DNA of 64,000 nt. Source: Candidatus Latescibacterota bacterium. GTDB taxonomy: Bacteria > Latescibacterota > UBA2968 > UBA8231. The notes under the pieces are model-generated. The model searched no databases, was not told the DNA's origin, and worked only from the letters and a program-made list of their open reading frames with translations. The translations under genes were made by a program, and so were the position numbers. The stretch covers positions 3,520,001 to 3,584,000 of the forward strand of contig OZ253462.1 in assembly GCA_965261395.1 (NCBI GenBank). The letters run 5' to 3'. Of this stretch, positions 20,854-29,203 are shown in pieces. The stretch's first letter is position 1. Each line of letters opens with the position of its first letter.

Positions 20854-22134
20854 TTACTCGGTAAGTTCAGTATAGAAATCAATCTGCTGCTGCGCGATAG
20901 AGCCCTCCTGGGTGAGGGCAAAAACCACCAAATTGACCCCCATCCTCAGCTGAGGCTCATTCTCGAATTCATCCTGCCAGATGCTCCCATAGCCCATATC
21001 TGAGTAAACCGCCACCAAGCGTCCATGCAAAAAAACTCCTTCGAGGGACTGTGCCTGATCGGGCTGATAGTAAACATCTGTCTGCTCGGCCGAGTTGTAA
21101 TAGAAAACGTCGGGGTTACCCCTGACACTCAGGTATTCTCCCCCGACCGGAGGACCATCTAGGTCGAAATAACTGTGGTAAATCGGATGACTGTTGGAAA
21201 TGCGCTGCAGCTTGCCATCTTTGCCCAAAGCCAAGCTGAACATCTTTCTTAACGAAGCTTCCGCTGGCCCAAAGTTGAGATCCGGCCGGTCGTTGTCGGC
21301 AAAGACAAATCCTCCATTGCGCAGGTACCATCCCAGATTTTCGATTTCTTTATCCGTCAGTTCAAAACCATCCTTGTCCGTGATATATACAAAAGGTGTC
21401 TTGAACAGTTCGGGAGAGTCCAAGAACATGTGGTCCGCCACCTTGGCTTGGATACCGGTATAAGAGTTGATGCCATCTGCAAGCCTAGAAACCGAGCGGG
21501 GAGCGTCGGGTTGGAGATCGTTGGCCCAAGCCAGCGCCAGGTAGACGAAGCCCTTGATATTTCTCCGATCATTCGGATCTTGGATTACCATGCCCCGATA
21601 CTTACCCGTATCGAGCGCGTTCAGATCCAGAAACTCCTCCTGCATACTGATCCGCTTCTCCGGATCCTTCGAACTCTTGATCTGCATCGAGGGCATCTGC
21701 GGCGTGATAGTGCCGGTACCCACGCTTGTCCCCGCATCGATGCCGCGATCGAAGACAGCTACATTGCCCAATACATCTAGCCGCCGCACCGGACGCGGGG
21801 GCGTACGGGTCAGTTTCGGCTTCGCGGCAGCTAGCTTGCGGGTCATCACCCTCTTTTGCACCAAGGTCTTCCTCATGCGGAAGGGCTTCTTGGCCATCGG
21901 CTTGCGAATCATAAACTCCATTGCCAGGGGCTTGGGCACGGGCTTTTCTTCTTTTATTCCCACTAGAGAGGCGAAGGCTGAGGCCATTATGAGCAGCGCT
22001 AGAGCGTACGCAGCGTAGGATATCCTGCGGTTATCTCGATAGAGCCTCCTTAGAGCTATCGCATCCGCTGGAGCCCTAAAACGATCTGGAGTAGATTTTC
22101 GCACCTGTATTTGGTCCGAAGTGAATTCCGCCAT
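20854..22134 (-). CDS. Membrane-anchored DUF4159 protein with Lys/Pro/Arg-rich linker
   Basis: TM near aa 40-60, basic linker, then DUF4159 motifs LGWYLRNGGFVFAD, HPIYHSYF, GRLVAVYS, MGVNLVVFALT. Confidence 0.8.
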   Translation of the reverse strand: MAEFTSDQIQVRKSTPDRFRAPADAIALRRLYRDNRRISYAAYALALLIMASAFASLVGIKEEKPVPKPLAMEFMIRKPMAKKPFRMRKTLVQKRVMTRKLAAAKPKLTRTPPRPVRRLDVLGNVAVFDRGIDAGTSVGTGTITPQMPSMQIKSSKDPEKRISMQEEFLDLNALDTGKYRGMVIQDPNDRRNIKGFVYLALAWANDLQPDAPRSVSRLADGINSYTGIQAKVADHMFLDSPELFKTPFVYITDKDGFELTDKEIENLGWYLRNGGFVFADNDRPDLNFGPAEASLRKMFSLALGKDGKLQRISNSHPIYHSYFDLDGPPVGGEYLSVRGNPDVFYYNSAEQTDVYYQPDQAQSLEGVFLHGRLVAVYSDMGYGSIWQDEFENEPQLRMGVNLVVFALTQEGSIAQQQIDFYTELTE

Positions 22135-22185
22135 AGGAGTACGTCAGCCGTTAAAGCCTATATATCCATTGCCGTCATCGCGCTA

Positions 22186-22566
22186 TTACTGCGAAATAAA
22201 CACGGTGTCCACATTCGACTTCTGCCCGGCGAAGTTGGTTTTATCCACGGCCTGGACCTGGAAGGTATAGAAAGAGTCAATCCAGGTAAATTCAGCCGTA
22301 TAGGACTGCCTGGCGCCGGGGGTAGTGTATTGATGTTCCACCCCCGACGTGCCTTCAGTTACCGTGACTATATAGTAAAAGACGGTCGCAGTGTCGCTCA
22401 TGCTCCATCCCAGAATCACATCGTCCCCTGCAAAGGATGCTTCCAAGTCTTGGGGGATGCCAATCCGACTCTCGTGAAACTTGGGCGGCAAGCTATGATC
22501 TTTGCTGCAGTGCAGGGTGCCGAAGATCAGCAGCACGCAAAAAAGCAGCCACAAGGCTCTGCCCAT
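22186..22566 (-). CDS. Small lipoprotein with fibronectin type III domain
   Basis: Lipobox TLHC; PQDL...LGWS...YTFQVQAVD...GQKS. Confidence 0.75.
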   Translation of the reverse strand: MGRALWLLFCVLLIFGTLHCSKDHSLPPKFHESRIGIPQDLEASFAGDDVILGWSMSDTATVFYYIVTVTEGTSGVEHQYTTPGARQSYTAEFTWIDSFYTFQVQAVDKTNFAGQKSNVDTVFISQ

Positions 22567-22588
22567 TGACGAACTCCTTCTAAAAGGT

Positions 22589-23131
22589 TCAGAAACTTCC
22601 CACCATCACCAACTTGGGCGGCACATTTCCCATCCCCGGTATGGCCCTCAAGTTCCAGCGGGCCACAGCGGATGCTTTGGGAGAATCAGATAAGAGGATA
22701 TCGGTCAGGCTGTAAATATACACCCCCACAGCTACCGCACCAAAAACCCTGCGCGTCAGATGCAGGTCGTCCAACTCATCATTGGTTTTATGCAACTCGT
22801 CCCACTTTTGCTGGGCGAGATCGTAGCGGCTGTTCCCAGCCGCCATCACTGCGTATTCGTCTTTTAGGCGGTGGAAATTGTCGCGGCGGGTATTATAGTT
22901 TTCGTTTGCTATTAGCGCCACGGCCAGAGAGCCAATCTCGCCGACCAGCATGAACGTTCCCTTTATCTTCTGGCCGGTGGAAAGTTGACCCAGCCCGGGG
23001 AAGAGAGCTGACAGGACAACCGCCTCCTTTTTGGTGGCGATCTGCCTAGTTGCAAAGACATCGTCTTCGCTTTGCGCCCAGCAGGGAGGTCCCAAGCTGA
23101 GAAGCGTTAGTAATAAAATAAAATGTTTCAT
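22589..23131 (-). CDS. DUF5683-like protein
   Basis: Signal peptide from ATG 23131; LSALFPGLGQL...KG motif. Confidence 0.65.
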   Translation of the reverse strand: MKHFILLLTLLSLGPPCWAQSEDDVFATRQIATKKEAVVLSALFPGLGQLSTGQKIKGTFMLVGEIGSLAVALIANENYNTRRDNFHRLKDEYAVMAAGNSRYDLAQQKWDELHKTNDELDDLHLTRRVFGAVAVGVYIYSLTDILLSDSPKASAVARWNLRAIPGMGNVPPKLVMVGSF

Positions 23132-23175
23132 TGCAATTACCTTTTGTTGGATTCGCTTGAGAGTGCGTCTGTCCT

Positions 23176-26100
23176 TCAATATTGTGGTGCCCCTGCTACG
23201 ATCTGTATGAAGACAGCGAGGACATCGGTATTGTCGGCACTGCGGAAGGAATCGTCGTACGTTCGGCGATCGAAGGTCACACCAGCATTGGCCACAATCT
23301 CGTAGCCGAAATAGTCGGAACGGTTGGTCATCATGAAGACGTACACATTCTGCTCAAAACTGTTCCAATTGTTGCCATGGTCCTCGACGCCATAGTTCCA
23401 GAAGGGCAAACCCTGGGCACCGAGGCGAAAGGTAGTTCGGGGCGTCACATAGTAATTGGCTTTGAGCAACGGAATAACCGTGGTCTCATTGGCTAGGGGT
23501 ATGTCGATGATGTCCTGGGTGCGCTTGAGGAAAAGCAGTTTCAGCGCCGGGATGATCTCCAGTTTACTCTGGTGCCGCCGCCAAGTATAGTCAACGCGGT
23601 GAACCGAACTCATAGAGCGAATCGCATTCTTGCGCTGATGGGTCCCGTCGTCCAAAAAGCCCTGCTGCTGCCAGTTGAATTCGCAGCGGAAGTTGTGATA
23701 CATTCTCAGGTCTTTGAGCGGACTCAAAAGCGTCTCCAAGTAGAATCTATTGGCCAAGCTATTCTTGTAGTTCAGATTATCCTCTATTAATATCAGGTCG
23801 AACTGTTGTTGGTAGCCGAATCCGGCCAGATGCGTCTTGCCGAAGGGACTCCTGCCGAAATCCGAGGAGATCAAGACGCGATCCGGCACAGTGTCCCAAA
23901 CCCGCTTCAGCGTATTCTCCACCACCAGCCTACCCAATCCCGGCTGCTCTGCCTTCCAGATGAGACGGCCATAATTCATCAAATTTTTACCCGCCCTATC
24001 CTGCTGGCGGGCGTTGAGGCGCCCCAGAGAGAAGTTCAGATCCCGCCACAGCCCGTACTTCCCGAACAGATGGTAGCCCTCCAGATCCTCGGGATAGGGG
24101 TAATCGGGTTCGGGATCGTCCTCCCGGCTATCCGGTCTGTCGTTGTTATTCAGATCTAAATCGTAGATATAGTCGTCCGATTCCACATCGTACATCAGGA
24201 AGGGTTCTAGGTAGTCCGGCAGCCTATTCCCATTTTTATTCGTGTCTGGCCGCCCATCCCCATCCTCGTCCTTGCCAGGGAAAATACCATCCGCATCCAC
24301 TCCCTCGTTGACGAAGCCGGCGATGTACTGCTGGAACCACGAGTCGGGAAAGCGATCGTTGTCGTCATTGTCGTCCACCATCATCAAGCGCATAGTACTG
24401 TTGAAATGGGGTACAGCCGGCGTTCCCAACACTACTAATTCCGTGTTGTAGTTCGGTCCCATGTGGAAGAATTCGCCTCCCCAGTCGAAGCGCTCGTGTT
24501 CCTTGCGCACCACCAGATAATACGCTTCACCTTGCTGGTCGAAGCGCTTGCCGAAGCGCATGGCCGTGCTGGGATCGGGTCCGACTACACCATCGGGGTA
24601 CTGGAAGTAGTGCTGGCTCCTCGCGTACTCTCCGTCAATCTTTAGCCCGAAGATGTTGGTGCTGAAATTGGCTCCCAAGATTTCCATTCCGGTCTGCGTG
24701 CCGATGTCGAATGAAATGCGCTGCACGTTCGACCGGTCCTGGACATTCCCCGGAGCGCGCTCCACTACGCGAAAGAGCGTGGGCTGGCCATAGCGCTGTG
24801 TATAGGGGCTTTCAATCGGAGCGTACGGGTCATTGAGGTCCACCCTTCTATTTCTAGCCACAGTTCCCACCTCAATCTTGTAATCGTTGGCGACCACGGC
24901 TTCGAAGGAAACGGATTGAACATAGCCCTCTCCCGCCAAGTTGAAGTAATAGACCACGAAGTCGTCGCCAGAGACCTCTATAGGACCTGTTTCGTCGGTG
25001 CGCCACCGGAAAGATTGTTCCAGAGGCCTATAGATGTTGTTGAGGGCGTTGTTGCGAATCAGGATGGCAAGCACTTCATCTTCAGTAAATTGCTCCCCCA
25101 AGATCGCATCGGCGTTATCGCGGTAGTAGTTCCTGCTCGTTGATGCTTCCGGCTGCAGATTCACCGCTAAGTGCCACGGCTCCTCAATGGGAAATTCTAC
25201 GCCTCTCCATACGTAGGTCGTAAACTGGCGTTTGGGATCTACCGGATCATTCAACCTCAGATCCTTGAAGAAGAGGTAGTCCATGTAGAGCGGCGCTTCA
25301 TTGATGCGATACTGCATATAGGTGGGCTGGGTCGGGACCGAGGAAGTAAAGGCCGCCGCCAGCTCGGCATAGGTGTTGCGCACTAACCCCTGCGCACCGA
25401 AGCGGCCCACCGAGGACTCGGTGATGCCGTCAATGTGCTCGACAATATCCGGGACGATGTCCTGGCGGAGAATTCCGTTGACCAAGATGTTCAACTCGAC
25501 GATGTAGGGGCCACCCCGGTCGTCCTTGGGTGAATCATCCGAAAATTTGACGGCGATAATTTCTGGGTATGGCTGGTTGTGGCGCAGCACCCCTTTGCGG
25601 GAGAAGGTGTGGCCGGACGCATCGCTGAAGCTCTCGTGCTGGTTGACATAAGTTAGACCCAAATTCAGCAGGCCGATCCGCCGCTCAAAGTGAAAGGCCC
25701 CCATCCGCACCGTGTTCCAGTTCATAAATAGTGCCGAGAGATCGTTGTGTTTTGTACCTACGTCAATTCTGAAGCCGCGAAAGGCGTTGACTTTCAGAGT
25801 CAGCGGCGTGAAGCGCCCCCGCAACTCCTGAGCAATGGTCAGGCCCGCCCACCACCGGTTGGTCTGCTCCGAAACGGTCAGCACATCCTCGAAATAGCGC
25901 CGATAAGTAGATTGTTCGCGCCCGGGATAGTTGTAGAGATCGCCGGTCACCCTCAGTATCGACGATCCCCGACTTTGGGGGCCCAGACCCGTGGTTTCCA
26001 CCCAGTCATAGCCGGGGATCCCGTAGACTAGGCGATTCCCTAGCGGCCCATAGAAATACTGCTTGGGATCGCGGTAGGGAGAAAGGATGGTCGAATAGTT

Positions 26101-26358
26101 TTTATACCTTTTTTCTTCGTGGGCATAATTCTCGTAGGGTTGCCAATCTCTCCTCAGAAACATCCGGTCGGGTTGGATTCGCGGCACCTCCGGAATATCG
26201 ATTCCTGTGCGCGGTCCCCAACTCTCCGAAGACTCGTCCTCCTCGGTGCCGATGGACGAACTCGCAGAGATCAGGACAGCGAGTAAGACCCAGATAAAGG
26301 GCCGGTAACGAGAAATTCCGCAAGGCCTGGAAAATCTTTTGCGCAAATCGTTTGACAC
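23176..26358 (-). CDS. Putative outer-membrane protein, paralog P3 of an unnamed family
   Basis: Signal peptide; shares RFTPLTL, TYVNQH, ANDY, DDNDDNDRFPD, IFPGKDEDGDG, DYPY with P1/P2; amphipathic beta-strand C-terminus. Confidence 0.7.
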   Translation of the reverse strand: MSNDLRKRFSRPCGISRYRPFIWVLLAVLISASSSIGTEEDESSESWGPRTGIDIPEVPRIQPDRMFLRRDWQPYENYAHEEKRYKNYSTILSPYRDPKQYFYGPLGNRLVYGIPGYDWVETTGLGPQSRGSSILRVTGDLYNYPGREQSTYRRYFEDVLTVSEQTNRWWAGLTIAQELRGRFTPLTLKVNAFRGFRIDVGTKHNDLSALFMNWNTVRMGAFHFERRIGLLNLGLTYVNQHESFSDASGHTFSRKGVLRHNQPYPEIIAVKFSDDSPKDDRGGPYIVELNILVNGILRQDIVPDIVEHIDGITESSVGRFGAQGLVRNTYAELAAAFTSSVPTQPTYMQYRINEAPLYMDYLFFKDLRLNDPVDPKRQFTTYVWRGVEFPIEEPWHLAVNLQPEASTSRNYYRDNADAILGEQFTEDEVLAILIRNNALNNIYRPLEQSFRWRTDETGPIEVSGDDFVVYYFNLAGEGYVQSVSFEAVVANDYKIEVGTVARNRRVDLNDPYAPIESPYTQRYGQPTLFRVVERAPGNVQDRSNVQRISFDIGTQTGMEILGANFSTNIFGLKIDGEYARSQHYFQYPDGVVGPDPSTAMRFGKRFDQQGEAYYLVVRKEHERFDWGGEFFHMGPNYNTELVVLGTPAVPHFNSTMRLMMVDDNDDNDRFPDSWFQQYIAGFVNEGVDADGIFPGKDEDGDGRPDTNKNGNRLPDYLEPFLMYDVESDDYIYDLDLNNNDRPDSREDDPEPDYPYPEDLEGYHLFGKYGLWRDLNFSLGRLNARQQDRAGKNLMNYGRLIWKAEQPGLGRLVVENTLKRVWDTVPDRVLISSDFGRSPFGKTHLAGFGYQQQFDLILIEDNLNYKNSLANRFYLETLLSPLKDLRMYHNFRCEFNWQQQGFLDDGTHQRKNAIRSMSSVHRVDYTWRRHQSKLEIIPALKLLFLKRTQDIIDIPLANETTVIPLLKANYYVTPRTTFRLGAQGLPFWNYGVEDHGNNWNSFEQNVYVFMMTNRSDYFGYEIVANAGVTFDRRTYDDSFRSADNTDVLAVFIQIVAGAPQY

Positions 26359-26367
26359 GGCCTTTTC

Positions 26368-29196
26368 CTAGATGACCGGACGGAGTCCGACCAAAGCCCG
26401 AAAAAAGAATATGGACGTATCCACGTTATTCAGAGCCTGTCTGGAGGAATTGAATTCCCTCTTCTGTATCTGGTAGCCCATGTTGAAATTCACCCTATAC
26501 CCCTGATAAGTAAAAGTATTGGCGAGCATGAAAACATAGTCCTCACTCGCAAAGTCCCTATTCGAATTGACCAAGTCGAGAGAACGGCTCTGCAGAAAGG
26601 GAAAACCCTGGGCTCCTAGGCGAACGCTCGTCAAGGAGGTCATATTCCAGTCTAGGCGCAGAATGGGATAGAAGAATATCTCGTGCAGCACCGGAACCTG
26701 CCACCGATCATTGGTCAACTTCTGTCCCATTACCTTCACTTGAGGGGTGATTGTCACATCCCGAAACATACCCGACAGGTCTAAGGGATACTCTCCCTTG
26801 GCGACAGAAGTCAGCCTGACGATGCGGTTGGACTTGCGTCCTTGCTGGGCAAATTGGCGATTGAAGTCGTGCTTGAAATCGAGATGGATGTTGAGGGGTT
26901 TGGCACCGTCAAAATCCAAGGCGGCATAGGCGGTGTTGACGAAACTATCCTTCATGCGCAGAGGATCTTCTATCAGGTCAATGGTCAATCCCGCACCGGT
27001 CAGCCGACCACTGATATCTTCCTGCAGTTCAAAAGTGGCATTGCGGGGAAACTGGAAGACGTTATCCCGGATGTCGTCCTCGACCCTCTTGGCGAAGTCA
27101 ATCAGGGTAAGGTGACCCCAAAAGGGAAGATAGCGGGTGTGTTCCACCTTGGTGTAAAAGACCCTGTTCTCGCCCCCGGCTGCGATCTGCTCCGTGTTAT
27201 AGTGCCCCACCTTGAGCGTCGTTCCCTGCCAAGGGCGGAAAGACGCAAATAGGTGAAACCCTTCTAGATCCTTATTGTAGGGGTAGTCCACATCGGGATT
27301 GTTCTCCCGGATGTCGATGACTCCGTTGTTGTTCAAATCATCGCCGTAATCGTACTCTTCGGGATTGACATCGAAGAGCAGAAAAGGCTCCAGATAGTCG
27401 GGGATACCATTGTTGTTTATATTGGTCTCCGGCCGGCCGTCCTGATCGATATCTAGCCCCGGGAAAATTCCATCCTGATCTCTCCGGCTCCTGATATAAT
27501 GCTCATCTGGAAAGCGGTCCTTGTCGTCGTTGTCCTCCACCGTATCGAAGATCAGGGTTCCATTGAGCGAACTCTGGTTGAACCCATCAATGCCTTTCAA
27601 GCCGCCGGCAATCTCGCTGTCCAAGGGTGCAAAGGGCAGGGTGACAAAGCTCTGATAGCTAGGATCTTGGACCTGTAAGGAGGTGCCGTATTCCGGGCCT
27701 ATACGGAATAATTCGCCTCCGAATTCCACCCCGTTCCGGTCCACGACGGCATTGATGAAATACGCTTCGCCCCGGCGATTGCTCTGCTTCCCTTTGGCTA
27801 CCGGAAACTGGCGGAAATCGTAGCTGAGATCGTACTCCGCCCTCACAAAGAGATTCTCCACCTCAAAATCCGCGTGGACTCCGCCTAGCATTCTCCCAGT
27901 CTGTCGGCCGTGTCGGAACTCCACCACCCTCAGATTGGAGAGATCCTGTACTTTACCTAGAGCATGGGCGACGTCGTAGAAGTAAAGTGCTCTGTTCCGG
28001 TCCCGCGGACTTCGATCCCTCTGAGCCCTAGTGGGATCGTTGGCGTAGACCTCGGACAGGCTGATCCGATAGTCGTTGCCCACCTTGACTTTGAACCGCA
28101 CATCGTCGATATCCTCCTCGCTCAACGGCACCCAGTAAAGCAGGAACTCTTTGCCGTGTGCTTCCAGATAACCCTTTGCTCCTGGGAAGTCCTCTGGCAG
28201 CGAGCCGTTGACGAATTCCACATAGGGCGGTATTTCCCGCCCCAATTCCCGAAGAAATTCCTTGTCGCCGTTGGGAAAGGCTGGATCAATGTCCTCGAGG
28301 TGATGCCGGGTCACGGCGATGCGCTGGGTATCGTCAATGCCCGCCGCTGAAACAGCATCGGGATACACCTGCAATTCCGGTCGCAATTGGCCGTTGATAT
28401 AGACCTCGAAATCGTATACTCGGGGCCCTCCGCCATCGTCTATCGACCCATCCGCAAACTTCACCACCAGATAATCAACCGGCCGGATATTCCCTGGCGT
28501 CGCTCCCCTGAAATCCCAGTCCCCCCATTCCATCAGACTGTTGATGCGGTACTGATTGACCCACACGAGTCCCAGATTCAACGCTCCAACCTGGGTTTCC
28601 AAGTGCGATCCCAGCAGATAGGTGGCAAATAAGGGTGGCCGAGTGCCGAGCGCACCAAAGTTGTGTTGCTTATTATCGGCGTTCGCGTTCACGTCAAAGA
28701 TGGGATAGTCCAGACGCGAGGAGATCAGGGTAAAATCGGACTGGGGCAGGTTCATGTCCCAACGAATGCCGTTCATGGCCGCCAAGTCTAGGGTCAGCGA
28801 GGTAAATTTGGTGCGGACATTGTCGCCGATGATCAGAGAAGTGTTAATTTTTCCGTAGGAATCAGAGGAGACGGAAAGCCGACTGAGATAGTCTTTGAAA
28901 TACCGGCTCTTGTCGATGACACTTCCCGGCTCAGGGTCCAGGGTGCGCGACTCGCGCAGCCGGAACACTTCGATGCCCTCGACGACAAAATTGCCCAGCT
29001 CGTCGAAGACGAGATCTTCGGGACGAACCAGATAAGAGCGCGGCCAGTGTTTGTAGGGTTCCTGGGAATGGGTGATATATCCCTCGCCCGGCCGGTAGAG
29101 AAAAAGCCCCGATCCCCGTACATGGGCGCTACTCTCTCCAACCCACACCAGTGCCAGAGCGCTTAATAAAAAATAAACGGTCCTTGTCTTGCTCAT
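26368..29196 (-). CDS. Putative outer-membrane protein, paralog P2
   Basis: Start moved to ATG 29196 (MSKTRTVYFLLSALALVW, signal peptide), 7 nt after the P1 stop; same motif series as P1/P3. Confidence 0.7.
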   Translation of the reverse strand: MSKTRTVYFLLSALALVWVGESSAHVRGSGLFLYRPGEGYITHSQEPYKHWPRSYLVRPEDLVFDELGNFVVEGIEVFRLRESRTLDPEPGSVIDKSRYFKDYLSRLSVSSDSYGKINTSLIIGDNVRTKFTSLTLDLAAMNGIRWDMNLPQSDFTLISSRLDYPIFDVNANADNKQHNFGALGTRPPLFATYLLGSHLETQVGALNLGLVWVNQYRINSLMEWGDWDFRGATPGNIRPVDYLVVKFADGSIDDGGGPRVYDFEVYINGQLRPELQVYPDAVSAAGIDDTQRIAVTRHHLEDIDPAFPNGDKEFLRELGREIPPYVEFVNGSLPEDFPGAKGYLEAHGKEFLLYWVPLSEEDIDDVRFKVKVGNDYRISLSEVYANDPTRAQRDRSPRDRNRALYFYDVAHALGKVQDLSNLRVVEFRHGRQTGRMLGGVHADFEVENLFVRAEYDLSYDFRQFPVAKGKQSNRRGEAYFINAVVDRNGVEFGGELFRIGPEYGTSLQVQDPSYQSFVTLPFAPLDSEIAGGLKGIDGFNQSSLNGTLIFDTVEDNDDKDRFPDEHYIRSRRDQDGIFPGLDIDQDGRPETNINNNGIPDYLEPFLLFDVNPEEYDYGDDLNNNGVIDIRENNPDVDYPYNKDLEGFHLFASFRPWQGTTLKVGHYNTEQIAAGGENRVFYTKVEHTRYLPFWGHLTLIDFAKRVEDDIRDNVFQFPRNATFELQEDISGRLTGAGLTIDLIEDPLRMKDSFVNTAYAALDFDGAKPLNIHLDFKHDFNRQFAQQGRKSNRIVRLTSVAKGEYPLDLSGMFRDVTITPQVKVMGQKLTNDRWQVPVLHEIFFYPILRLDWNMTSLTSVRLGAQGFPFLQSRSLDLVNSNRDFASEDYVFMLANTFTYQGYRVNFNMGYQIQKREFNSSRQALNNVDTSIFFFRALVGLRPVI

Positions 29197-29203
29197 AGAA
29201 ACT

